Source of the DNA: an uncultured Planctomycetota bacterium | GTDB taxonomy: Bacteria; Planctomycetota; Phycisphaerae; Sedimentisphaerales; UBA12454 | NCBI GenBank assembly: GCA_903847315.1 | Contig: CAINDG010000036.1 | Coordinates: 3,587 to 67,586 of the forward strand | Direction: 5' to 3' | DNA: 64,000 nt | Part shown: in pieces, positions 28,011 to 38,200 of the stretch | How the letters are laid out: every line of letters begins with the position of its first letter | Numbering within the stretch: position 1 is the stretch's first letter | Position numbers and translations under genes: made by a program | Notes under the pieces: generated by a model | Seen by the model: only the letters and a program-made list of their open reading frames with translations | Told to the model about the DNA's origin: nothing | Databases searched by the model: none

Positions 28011-28556
28011 TTATATTAAATCGTAGCCTGCGTGGAAGGCGCTTTCGTTGATGTAATAAAGCCCCTTTTTACCCTTATAGAACGCGCGTTTCATTCCGTT
28101 GACGACTGACTGGGGCTCTAATATATGAGTTTTCTTTATCATCGCGCCGAGCATTATTATGTTCGCTACCTTGATATTGCCCATTTTTATCGCGAAATTA
28201 GTCGCGTCAACTTTTACAACGTCATGTTTGGTTTTTGGGATTTTGTCGGAGTCGATAAGCGAAGAATTTATAATTACAGGTGAGCCTGGCTGAATGGTAT
28301 CGATGTATTTAATAAACGATGGGGCGTTCATTATCATTGCGAGGTTTGGTCTTTCTATGATGGGCGAATCAATCTCGTGGTCGGAAATGGAAATAAGGGC
28401 CTTTGCGGTTCCGCCCCGTACTTCGGCGCCGTAGGATGCCATAGCACAGACATTTTTGCCGGCGTCGATGCAGGCGTAAGCAAGTACGTTGCCTGCAAGA
28501 ATAACGCCCTGACCACCGAATCCAGCTATTAAAATGTTTATTTCCTTATCGGGCAT
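28011..28556 (-). CDS. 2-oxoacid:ferredoxin oxidoreductase, gamma subunit
   Basis: 181 aa with INILIAGFGGQGVILAGNVLA and SYGAEVRGG. Last gene of the delta-alpha-beta-gamma operon. Confidence 0.85.
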   Translation of the reverse strand: MPDKEINILIAGFGGQGVILAGNVLAYACIDAGKNVCAMASYGAEVRGGTAKALISISDHEIDSPIIERPNLAMIMNAPSFIKYIDTIQPGSPVIINSSLIDSDKIPKTKHDVVKVDATNFAIKMGNIKVANIIMLGAMIKKTHILEPQSVVNGMKRAFYKGKKGLYYINESAFHAGYDLI

Positions 28557-28558
28557 TT

Positions 28559-29302
28559 TTATTCCGTGTCCTTATATACCCCAAGCGGAAAATAGCTAAG
28601 CATTTGCTCTTCGATAAACTGAACGGCCTCCGTCGGCGAAACTCTCCAGCCGACAGGACACATCGAAAGTATCTCGACCAGTGAAAAACCTATGCCGTTG
28701 AGCTGATTCTGGAATATCTTTCTTATGGCCGCCTTTGTTTTGTTTATGTTTCTGACGGAATGAATACTTGTTCTTTCGAGATATTTAGTCTCTTCGAGCG
28801 TTGCGAGCAGTTCGCATACTCTTATCGGTTTTCCCATACCTTTAATTGTTCTGCCGGACGGGCTGGTAGTGGTTTTTTGCCCGATAAGCGTTGTCGGCGC
28901 CATTTGCCCGCCTGTCATACCATAGGTGGCGTTATTGACGAATATGACCGACATATTTTCGCCGCGGTTTGCCGCGTGAATTATTTCAGCCGTACCGATG
29001 GCGGCAAGGTCTCCATCTCCCTGATAAATCAGGACGAATTTATCGGGATGCACCCGTTTTATAGCTGTTCCGACGGCGGGGGCTCTACCGTGCGCGCATT
29101 CGACGACGTCGCAGAAAATATAATCGTAGATTACGACCGCGCAGCCGACAGGGGCGGTGAGTATCATTTTTTCTCTTATGCCAAGTTCATCGACAACTTC
29201 GCCGATGAGCCGCAGAATGATTCCATGTCCGCAGCCCGGGCAGTATTTTGTGGACTCTGTCGTAATCGATTTTGGCTGTGCTTTTACAATAATATTATTC
29301 AT
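28559..29302 (-). CDS. 2-oxoacid:ferredoxin oxidoreductase, beta (TPP-binding) subunit
   Basis: 247 aa with YCPGCGHG, GDGDLAAIG and NNATYGMTGGQ. Confidence 0.9.
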   Translation of the reverse strand: MNNIIVKAQPKSITTESTKYCPGCGHGIILRLIGEVVDELGIREKMILTAPVGCAVVIYDYIFCDVVECAHGRAPAVGTAIKRVHPDKFVLIYQGDGDLAAIGTAEIIHAANRGENMSVIFVNNATYGMTGGQMAPTTLIGQKTTTSPSGRTIKGMGKPIRVCELLATLEETKYLERTSIHSVRNINKTKAAIRKIFQNQLNGIGFSLVEILSMCPVGWRVSPTEAVQFIEEQMLSYFPLGVYKDTE

Positions 29303-30402
29303 TTATTTAAAATCTCACTGATTTTTTCATATACCAAATCAGGCGTAGGATTCCATCCGCCGCCCATACCATAAAACAGGATATCCTTTTTCGGCACAAC
29401 ATCCATAAGTGAAAGCAGGACGTCCTCAAGCATTTGCCCCATACTCATTTCGATAACAAGAAATCTAACGCCTTTATTTTTTCGTGCGATTTCAATAAGT
29501 TCGATATCCGGCCACGGCCAAAGAGTTTTGGGGCGGAACAGACCGATTTTTTTGCCGTTATTGTTATGTCTTTTAATCGCGGACTTTGCGATTCTGCTTG
29601 TGGCGCCATAAGCGATGATAATCAAATCGGCGTTGTCGCAGTTAAACGATTCGGCCCATCGCAATTCCTTATATATTTTTTTGTATTTTTCATCCAGTTT
29701 CTTATTATGTAGTTCCAGGCCGTTCGGCGGGTTTAGAAACAGCGTCCTGACGACGTTTGGCTTTCTGCCCGCGCAGCCGGTGAGCGCCCAATCTTTAGGC
29801 GGCAGTTTTTCGAACATCGGTTCATATGGATGCATTTCAAAAGGTTCGACAAGCTGGCCGATGATGCCGTCGCTCTGAATAATCACCGGCATCCTGTAAT
29901 AATCCGCCAGGTCGAATGCGTTCATAACCATATCGTAGCATTCCTGCAGACAATTTGGCGCAAGTACGATGCATCGGTAATCGCCGTGTCCGCCGCCCCT
30001 GGTGGATTGAAAATAATCAGCCTGTGACGCCTCGATATTTCCAAGCCCCGGTCCGCCCCTGACAACATTTATGATTACGCAGGGCAGTTCTCCGCCCGCG
30101 ATGTAGCTTATGCCTTCCTGTTTAAGGCTGATTCCCGGCGATGACGAGGATGTCATAACTCTGGCCCCGGCGGCAGAAGCGCCGAAGACCATATTTATCG
30201 CGGCAATTTCGCTTTCAGCCTGCAGGAAGATTAGATTTTCCTCTTCCATTCTTCTTGCCAGGTATTCAGGCGTTTCAGTTTGAGGAGTGATAGGGTATGC
30301 GAAGTAGCACAGGCAGCCTGCTTTGATGGCGGCTTCGCCGACGGCTTCATTGCCTTTCATCAATACTCTTTTGGTATCCGAACCTGTATTATTTTCAGCC
30401 AT
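29299..30402 (-). CDS. 2-oxoacid:ferredoxin oxidoreductase, alpha subunit
   Basis: 367 aa with MKGNEAVGEAAIKAGC..FAYPITPQTE and SSSSPGISLKQEG. 4-nt overlap with the beta subunit gene. Confidence 0.9.
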   Translation of the reverse strand: MAENNTGSDTKRVLMKGNEAVGEAAIKAGCLCYFAYPITPQTETPEYLARRMEEENLIFLQAESEIAAINMVFGASAAGARVMTSSSSPGISLKQEGISYIAGGELPCVIINVVRGGPGLGNIEASQADYFQSTRGGGHGDYRCIVLAPNCLQECYDMVMNAFDLADYYRMPVIIQSDGIIGQLVEPFEMHPYEPMFEKLPPKDWALTGCAGRKPNVVRTLFLNPPNGLELHNKKLDEKYKKIYKELRWAESFNCDNADLIIIAYGATSRIAKSAIKRHNNNGKKIGLFRPKTLWPWPDIELIEIARKNKGVRFLVIEMSMGQMLEDVLLSLMDVVPKKDILFYGMGGGWNPTPDLVYEKISEILNK

Positions 30403-30407
30403 TTAAA

Positions 30408-30629
30408 CTATCCTGCCGAACCTGCGGTTTCAATTATGGTAAAACAGCAGTCGGGACAAATTATGTAGCATGCTCCGCAGCCATTGCACAGTTCGAGGTT
30501 GATTTCAATATAATCATAACCTTTTTTATTGCTCGTGCCGCTTTTATGTATCGCACCTTTTGGACAGACGTCGATACACATCTCGCAACCCTTGCATTTC
30601 TCAAAATTTATCTGTGCCTTTTTAGCCAT
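30408..30629 (-). CDS. 2-oxoacid:ferredoxin oxidoreductase, delta subunit (2x[4Fe-4S] ferredoxin)
   Basis: 73 aa with CKGCEMCIDVCP and CNGCGACYIICP. The OorDABC/KorDABC-type gene order suggests a 2-oxoglutarate enzyme, but substrate specificity is not determinable from sequence. Confidence 0.85.
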   Translation of the reverse strand: MAKKAQINFEKCKGCEMCIDVCPKGAIHKSGTSNKKGYDYIEINLELCNGCGACYIICPDCCFTIIETAGSAG

Positions 30630-30737
30630 ATATTCAAATCACCTTACCACAAGACACGGCTGTTTGCAACAAAACTTAACCTTTTGTGATATAAACAGTT
30701 ACGTTTATGATATGATAACGGAAGCCGGAGTTACAGA

Positions 30738-31148
30738 TTATTTTTTCTGCCTGGCGATAAAAATGGCATATTTCTTATCTGTTCCTGCAATATGATCTTC
30801 CAGCCAGCCTTTAAGAAAGATTGCCATATCGAGATTTAATATTTTTTCTCCTGTTTTGAGTTTTTCCTCATACTGAAGAACCCTTTGAGTAAGTCTTTCA
30901 TGCATTCTTCTGTGGATGCCGAGTTGCGGATAATCATATTTTTCCATCAGTTTTTCTTCGTCAGCAAAATGTGTCCCGACGTAATAAATCAGAGTTCCAA
31001 CGGCTTTTCGTATGGCCGTCTCGTCGTTGCCTTTGTTTATAGAATCATGGAAATCATTGACAGCAGTTATTAATCGCTTATGCTGGGAATCAATCAGTTT
31101 ATTTTGTACCGAAAGCTCATCAGTCCATTCAAAAAAAGCCATAAACAA
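30738..31148 (-). CDS. bacteriohemerythrin (hemerythrin-like metal-binding protein)
   Basis: 136 aa with FEWTDELSV..IDSQHKRLI, HFADEEKLM, HRRMHERL and WLEDHIAGTDKKY, which are the His/Glu/Asp di-iron ligand motifs. Confidence 0.85.
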   Translation of the reverse strand: MFMAFFEWTDELSVQNKLIDSQHKRLITAVNDFHDSINKGNDETAIRKAVGTLIYYVGTHFADEEKLMEKYDYPQLGIHRRMHERLTQRVLQYEEKLKTGEKILNLDMAIFLKGWLEDHIAGTDKKYAIFIARQKK

Positions 31149-31294
31149 TCTCCTTACAATAAGAAGTTACATTCCCTTTTCCCCAATGATTTACTATGAT
31201 TGAATTTTTAAATGCCCTACCTCGCTCTTTTGGCTAACGCTGTAAAGAGCTATGAAGGGCATTCTGCGTAGCTCGTTTTGCGAGCGTAGCAGAA

Positions 31295-31365
31295 TGGAGA
31301 CGAAGGGAATCGAACCCTCATTCCCGCGATGCGACCGCGGTGTGCTCCCGTTACACCACGTCCCC
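31295..31365 (-). tRNA. tRNA-Ala (anticodon CGC)
   Basis: The minus strand reads GGGGACGTGGTGTAACGGGAGCACACCGCGGTCGCATCGCGGGAATGAGGGTTCGATTCCCTTCGTCTCCA. The anticodon loop is GTCGCAT, and the G3:U70 alanine identity pair is present. Confidence 0.85.
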
Positions 31366-31373
31366 ATTACCAT

Positions 31374-31892
31374 TTAAAATTGCCACTTTTCATAGCAGAC
31401 GATTGTTTTAATATTTTCTCTCGGCCTGCGAACTTCTTTATCCGCCGGATAGCCGATAGCCATAAGCTCGATGATTTCAATTTTTTCCGGTATATCGAGA
31501 AGTGTATGAATCTTTCCCGGAAAAAACGAACCAATCCAGCAGGTAGCAAGCCCTTCAGCAGTCGCGGCCAGCGCTATATGCTCCATTGCGATAGCTAAAT
31601 CTATCGGGGCGATTTTCTGCCCGCACCGCATAGTGTGTTCGCTATTGCTGCAGCCGACGATAATAGCCGGTGCCGTTGTGATAAAAAGCTGTTCATTGGC
31701 GGCAATCGCAAGCTCCTGGCGTTTCTTTTCGTCGGTTACAATAACAAACCGCCAGTCCTGCAGATTCTTCGCCGACGGCGCCAGTCTCGCCGCCTCAAGT
31801 ATCCTGTCGAGCTTTTCCTGTTCAATCGGTTTTGAACTGTAATCGCGGCAGGAATATCTCTTTTTTATCGCTTCATATATATCCATATTCAA
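31374..31892 (-). CDS. nitroreductase family protein
   Basis: 172 aa with AIKKRYSCRDY, AARLAPSAKNLQDWRFVIV and TCWIGSF. Confidence 0.85.
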   Translation of the reverse strand: MNMDIYEAIKKRYSCRDYSSKPIEQEKLDRILEAARLAPSAKNLQDWRFVIVTDEKKRQELAIAANEQLFITTAPAIIVGCSNSEHTMRCGQKIAPIDLAIAMEHIALAATAEGLATCWIGSFFPGKIHTLLDIPEKIEIIELMAIGYPADKEVRRPRENIKTIVCYEKWQF

Positions 31893-31921
31893 CTCCTATT
31901 ATATCCAAATATTTTGCGGGG

Positions 31922-34423
31922 TCAAGGTTGCAGAAAAATTGAGTTTACTGAAACGATATTTATTTTATCGCTGATTTTATCAATCGGCGTATCAGTTTTT
32001 ATCGTTATGCTTTTCGGCCTGCTTCCTAACAAATCGAAAAAGCTATCACTTAGATCCGCGTCGAACGAACAATCTATATAAAGGTCCTTAACGATTTTTT
32101 TGCTGCTTAAAGTAAACTTCCATCTAAGTTCATCGAGTTTTTCGGTTTTGGTTTCGATATTACAAGCAGGAAAGCTAAAGTATTTATCTGGCAGATAAAA
32201 GAAACTGTTTTCAGCTATTGTATCCGCATCGTTTTGGAGAAGGATATGGATAAAAGAATTTTGCGGATTTTGCGGAGATGTAAAAGACTGGGGCAGTAAA
32301 ACCTTTGTCACAGAGTTTGGCCCGACCGATACAGGTCTTTTGAATTCGTCGATTACTTTAAAATCCGCATCAACAAGCCGGCATAAAAGCAGGGCGGTCA
32401 AAGGCGAAACTGAATGATTAACGACCAAAGCGGTTATTGAGGTGATGTTTTTTTTCTGCGGCTGTGCCTCGTATTGTGCCGACGCGGTTACAAGAACAGG
32501 CGCATAAAATCTGCGGGCGTAATAATAGAGAGCCTTTTTTCTGCCGGCGTAATCGATGCACGACCAGCTTATGGCTGGGCAGCAGTCATTAAATTGCCAG
32601 AATAAAACGCCCGAATTGATATCCGAATTTGCCCTAAGATGTTCGACATTTTTGCGAATCGCACGAGCCTGTGTGACCTGCGACAGATAGATAAATTCGT
32701 TAATATTCGTCGGCGGACGGAAAAATTCGTTAATGTAATAATGCAGCCGGGCGGTTCCACTCGGCTGATAATCATATTTTTCGATACCAAAACCCGCTGT
32801 ATGAGTATCGGGCAAATTTTGCATCGTTTTCTTGCAGGGGAGCGACTGAAAACCAAATTCCGCGACGAATCGCGGCGTTTGAGCCAGATAATCATCCGAG
32901 GGTTTAAGCCCCGACCAGACATCCCACTGATGGACGGTGCCGACAGACGGCTCGTTTGGATTTTTGGCCGGCCCCAAAGGTGTTGAAGCGATATAATCGC
33001 GGTCCGGGTCAAGTTCGTGTACCAAATGCGGCAGAATTTTATGATAGATATTTTTGCCGTAGAATTTTTTGCTCTTTGAAAAACCGCCTATGGCGTGCTG
33101 CCAGTCGATTTCGTTATTGCCGCACCAGAGTACAAGTGAAGGATGATTTCGCAGGCGAACGATATTTTGCGCCGCTTCTGTTTTTACCATTTCAGTAAAC
33201 CATGCCCTGTCCGGATAGTAAGCGCTGGCGAACATAAAATCCTGCCAGACGAGTATTCCCAGCCTGTCGCAGAGATTATAAAAGGTTTGGGTTTCATATA
33301 TTCCACCGCCCCAGACGCGGAGCATATTTACGCCGGCATCGGCCGCGGCGGCAAGAAGCTTTTCATAATCGTATGCTGACGCCGAGCCGATGAAAAGCGA
33401 AGGCGGTATCCAGTCCGCCCCTTTTGCATAGATAGGGTGATTATTGATTTCAAACTGGAAATTTTGTCCATAATTATCCGGCGTTTGATTTAATTTTACC
33501 GTCCTTATGCCGAAGGTTTTCGATATTGAATCAATCGACTCATCGCCGCTGAGCAATTCCGCGGTTAATTTATATAAAGGTTGCGCCCCGTAAGGTTTTG
33601 GCCACCAGATTTGCGGCTGTTCGATTTTTATTACCGCTGAGGCTTGCAGATGTTTATCGCTGAAGTTCAGGCTGGTTTTTGCCGCGGTTTTACCGGTCGG
33701 GTCAACAACCAGAAGATTGCAGGCAAGCGGCAATTGTGAAAATTTTTCTATTTTTACGGAAACTTTTATGTCCGCATTCGATTTATCGCAGTCAATAGTT
33801 GTAATATGCACATCACGAATGCAGCCTGACTTAAAAGTTTCGAGTCGAATAGGCTGCCATATTCCGCAGCCCGGCATTGCAGGCGCCCAATCCCAGCCGA
33901 ACTGACATTGCGCCTTTCTGACATAAGCCCTTTGCGGTAAAGAACACTGGTCACTGCTCAGCATTCCGAACCGGCTCATCAGCCGATTGCCTTGGGTAAC
34001 CGCCGAATCGAATTTAACCAAAAGCTCATTGCTCCGCGATAAGAGAATCGGCGTAACATCGAACCGATATTCGCAGAACATATTGTCGGTTCTTCCGATG
34101 AGTTTTCCGTTCAGCCATATCTGCGAAAATGTATCAAGCCCCTCGAAGATGAGTTCTGTTTTTTCATTTTTTATAAAGCCGTCCGGCAAGTCGAAATTCT
34201 TTTTATATATCCACGGCTCAAGACTTACCTGGAAGAAATCTTCGGGATTGCTGTTTAACTTGCTGCGGTCGATAATCCCGGCTTCAATCAGATTGGAATA
34301 TATCGAGGAAGGGACGGTGCAATTGTGCCAGTCGCCCTCGTCAAGGTCTCTCATCCTGCGGGCAGAAAGAGGGTACTGCTTGAACTGCCAGTTGCCTGTT
34401 AAATCCAGAAATTCCTTTGCCAT
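31922..34423 (-). CDS. glycoside hydrolase family 2, beta-mannosidase-like
   Basis: 833 aa with FEGLDTFSQIWLNG, QIWWPKPYGAQPLYKL, NMLRVWGGGIYE and HPSLVLWCGNNE (acid/base Glu). No signal peptide is apparent. Confidence 0.85.
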   Translation of the reverse strand: MAKEFLDLTGNWQFKQYPLSARRMRDLDEGDWHNCTVPSSIYSNLIEAGIIDRSKLNSNPEDFFQVSLEPWIYKKNFDLPDGFIKNEKTELIFEGLDTFSQIWLNGKLIGRTDNMFCEYRFDVTPILLSRSNELLVKFDSAVTQGNRLMSRFGMLSSDQCSLPQRAYVRKAQCQFGWDWAPAMPGCGIWQPIRLETFKSGCIRDVHITTIDCDKSNADIKVSVKIEKFSQLPLACNLLVVDPTGKTAAKTSLNFSDKHLQASAVIKIEQPQIWWPKPYGAQPLYKLTAELLSGDESIDSISKTFGIRTVKLNQTPDNYGQNFQFEINNHPIYAKGADWIPPSLFIGSASAYDYEKLLAAAADAGVNMLRVWGGGIYETQTFYNLCDRLGILVWQDFMFASAYYPDRAWFTEMVKTEAAQNIVRLRNHPSLVLWCGNNEIDWQHAIGGFSKSKKFYGKNIYHKILPHLVHELDPDRDYIASTPLGPAKNPNEPSVGTVHQWDVWSGLKPSDDYLAQTPRFVAEFGFQSLPCKKTMQNLPDTHTAGFGIEKYDYQPSGTARLHYYINEFFRPPTNINEFIYLSQVTQARAIRKNVEHLRANSDINSGVLFWQFNDCCPAISWSCIDYAGRKKALYYYARRFYAPVLVTASAQYEAQPQKKNITSITALVVNHSVSPLTALLLCRLVDADFKVIDEFKRPVSVGPNSVTKVLLPQSFTSPQNPQNSFIHILLQNDADTIAENSFFYLPDKYFSFPACNIETKTEKLDELRWKFTLSSKKIVKDLYIDCSFDADLSDSFFDLLGSRPKSITIKTDTPIDKISDKINIVSVNSIFLQP

Positions 34424-34498
34424 AGACCCAGAATTTTAGCAGGAAATGAAAATAGTCAAAGCAAAAAACAACATTAGCTTTTTTGTAAGTCAGCTATT

Positions 34499-34930
34499 CT
34501 ATTGAGATTTAGCGTCAGTGCGGTCTCTGTTGATTCTCTTGTCAACAGGCGAAAGCAGCATTAACGCTATCAGGGTCAAAATCGTGGCAATAAGTGCCAG
34601 AAAATACATCCCTGTTCCGCAGGCCATTCCGATACTGGCGACAATCCATATACAGGCGGAAGTCGTAAGGCCGTGGACGCTGGCGCCGCTCTGAATTATC
34701 GCGCCGGCGCCTAAAAAGCCGATGCCTGTTACAATCTGAGCGGCTATTCTGCCGGGCTCGGCACCTGGAAGCTTTGTTGATATAATCGTAAAAACACAGG
34801 AACCGAGGCAGATAAGAATGTTTGTGCGAAGGCCGGCAGGCTTATCGTGTACCTGCCTTTCAAGGCCTATCAGTCCTCCAAGAAAAACAGACACCAAAAG
34901 CGGAACAGCATCCAGCCAATTTATTTCCAT
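34499..34930 (-). CDS. MgtC/SapB family membrane protein
   Basis: Start set at MEINWLDAV (GAGGGA 7 nt upstream). Contains GGLIGLERQ..KPAGLRTNILICLGS and TGIGFLGAGAII. Confidence 0.8.
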   Translation of the reverse strand: MEINWLDAVPLLVSVFLGGLIGLERQVHDKPAGLRTNILICLGSCVFTIISTKLPGAEPGRIAAQIVTGIGFLGAGAIIQSGASVHGLTTSACIWIVASIGMACGTGMYFLALIATILTLIALMLLSPVDKRINRDRTDAKSQ

Positions 34931-35048
34931 ATTAAATCCCTCAAATTTAAAGATATATTGTAATACAAAATCTTCTGTAAACAAGTAATTATCCTCAATT
35001 TATATAGACGGTAAATTTCTTGCCTAGTCAGATTTTTGGGTTTTTCTG

Positions 35049-35077
35049 TTGACAGAATCATAAAAAGTTTATAAACT
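35049..35077 (+). promoter_or_regulatory. putative sigma70-type promoter for the giant secreted-protein gene
   Basis: TTGACA (35049-35054), a 17-nt spacer, then TAAACT (35072-35077). This would give a leader of about 190 nt. Confidence 0.4.
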
Positions 35078-35275
35078 TATCTGTCGAAGCTGTTGAGGGA
35101 GGCAGACACTATATTACGAGGATAGCGGATACCCCCCAAAGTAAGTTGTATCGCAAAATAGTATCCAACTTGGAAGAAATCTGCGCAAAAGAAAAAAAAT
35201 GTGCGTTCTCGCTGTGATGTACGTCACAGCGGGTATTTTCAAAAAAAGGATATTTTGAATTAAGGAGAGGGAAAA

Positions 35276-38200
35276 ATGGCAGCGAAAAAAACAAGTCTAA
35301 TTTTATCACTAATTATCCTCATCATCAGCATTTGCGGTACAGCAATGGCAGCAACGCCGGCTGAAATCAATAATGCGATCGTAAAAGGTGTCACTTGGCT
35401 GGCAGCTCAGCAGAATTCGACGGACGGCTATTGGGAAGATGCGGGCTACCAAGCCGGGCCTACGGGACTTGCTCTTATTAAATTGCAAGAGCGGGCGTTT
35501 GAACTGGGGTACACACCGTTTGACCCCTGCTATCCCTATAAGCAGAATGTAGAAAAAGGGTTGGCATATCTGTTCAGTCAGATGAGTATCATACCTATTT
35601 CCACCCAGCTTCACGGTAATCCTGATAGCGAGGGTGATGGTAATGGTGTGTCTGTTCATTCTTTAACATATGAGACGGGTATTGCTATGATGGCTATTGC
35701 GGCCAGTCGGGCGCCGGACAGGATAGTTAATTCGCCCGGCTCTCCGGTAAATGGTTGGACCTACAAAAAAGTTTTGCAGAATATGGTTGATTATATGGCC
35801 TTCGGCCAGAATGATAGCGGCAATGGCCGAGGCGGCTGGATTTATGATGCTGTCGATAATGGTAATGGTGAAGAAGGATCGGACAACTCAAATTCCGGCT
35901 ATGCGGTTTCCGGATTGGGTTATGCAGAGTCGTGCGTTTATGGTTTCAAATGTACGGTTCCGCAATTTGTAAAGGATGAACTGAAAATCTGGATTGATTA
36001 TATTCAAACCGATGGCGGTGATAATGACGGTGGTTCCGGATACAATGGCCCAAATGATTGGGTCAATATTCTCAAGACAGGGAATCTTGTTTTTCAAATG
36101 ACGTTTGCGGGAATGAATTCTAATGACCCCAATTTCCAGCGGGCTTTGGCATACATCGGGCGCAAGTGGAATGATTCGTCTCAGGACCCCGGCTGGGGCA
36201 ATCCGGCTTATGGTAGCTCTCCCCGTTGCCAGGCAGTATATTGCACTTCCAATGGCTTTTGGTACAGCAATATCAACACTATAGTGGTCGGTGGTAACCA
36301 GAGGGACTGGTATGCTGATTTCGCTGATGCACTTGTAAATACCCAGCAAACTGCTGGTTGTTGGCCCACTGAAACTTTGGGAGGGCCCGTCCTGGCTACC
36401 GAGTGGGCCTTACTGACTCTGGAAATGAAGAATTCAGGGCCGCTGCCATCGGGTCGTCTGGAATTAACAAAGGTCGACGATGTCAACAATGGCGATTGTG
36501 TCAGGCCGGGCCGTCAAATAACATACACAATTGATTACAATTACCCTGGTAGTTGTGGTCCAGATATTAACGATGTCAATATTATTGATTATCTGCCGCC
36601 TGAGGTAGATTTTGTCTCGGCTTCAAATAGCGGGGTCTATGATTCCGGTTCCCGTACTGTTACATGGCATATCGGAACTCTTCACCTCGGAGATTCCGGT
36701 TCTGTTACGCTGAAAGTCAATGTGAAACCATGTGTTGAGCCGGGAATTACAATCACAAACTATTGCGAGATAAAAAGCGGCGAAAAAGTCTTAAATATTG
36801 CTTACGAATACACACCCGTATGCTGCCCGACGCTTACGAAGGTTGACAATATTAATGGTTATGTCAGCCCAGGTGAAACAATCACTTATAGCATTTGCTA
36901 CGCCGCTAATGGTTACGGCGATACAAATGTCGTAATCACCGATACCATACCACCCGAAGTAAACTTTGTTTCAGCCACTGGCGGCGGGATGTATAACTCC
37001 GGCAAAGTAACCTGGGATATTGGCACATTGGAACCAAATGAATCGGGTTGTTTTGAACTGGTTGTACAGGTTAATACAAAGGCTGAGCCAGGCAGTACAA
37101 TCACAAACTGCAGTCAAATGAGCGGTGACTGTATCCATAATATTAACGCCTGCGAAAATACTACTCCTGTGCGCTGCTGGGGCATACCTGTAATTTATGT
37201 TGATGCAAATGCTACTGGCGCCCACAACGGCACTTCGTGGGCAGATGCTTATAAATACCTGCAGGATGCCCTCAGACTCGCACAGACTCTCGGCTGTCCA
37301 TCCAAGGAAATATGGGTGGCGGCGGGGACGTATAAGCCGGATTGTAATTCAGTCGAGCCTAACGGCAGCGGCGACCGAAACGCGACGTTCAGCCTGATTA
37401 ACAATGTTGCCATTTACGGCGGATTTCCACCCGGCGGTGGGTCATGGCAAACCCGCAACCCTAATACATATAAATCCATTCTTAGCGGAAATATCAATGC
37501 ACCTGATGTCAATACAGATAACAGTTATCACGTAGTAACTGGCAGCGACACTAATGAAACGGCAGTGCTGGACGGCTTTACCATAACCGCCGGCAATGCG
37601 GACGGTGATTATCCATACGGCGGCGGGATGTATAATAACTCTGGCAACCCGACTGTAACCAAATGCACGTTCAGCGGTAACAGGGCTAATTCCGGCGGCG
37701 GGATGTACAACAATGGCGACTCTCCAACGGTTACAAACTGCACATTCAACGGAAACAGGGCTAATTCCGGCAGTGGGATGTATAACAATGGCAGTTGCTC
37801 GACGATTACCAACTGCACATTCAGCGGTAACTCAGCCGACTCTGGCGGCGGGATGTACAATGACTCTGGCGGCCCGATTGTTACAAACTGCCTCCTCAGC
37901 GAAAACTTGGCGAGCAAAGGCGGCGGGTTGTACAACAACTCGAGCGGCCCAATTGTGACTAACTGTACTTTCACTAAAAATGTGGCTGATGCAAATGGCG
38001 GTGGAATTTATAACTACAATGGCAGCCCGACGATTGCCAACTGCATCCTCTGGGACAATAATGCGCCCAGCGGTAAACAAATTTACAACTCCAGCAGCAA
38101 CCTTACCGTTACCCACAGTGATGTTCAGGGCTGCTGGGCGGGGACGGGCAACATCTGTGATAACCCGTACTTTGTTGCTGCAGGCAATTATCGGCTGTTA

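Noticed and set aside
37609-38116. Antisense ORFs at 37609-37974 and 37832-38116, and the plus-strand off-frame ORFs at 37713-37958 and 37980-38513
   Set aside because: They are shadows of the beta-helix repeat region of the 1487-aa gene. Their periodicity mirrors the coding repeats.
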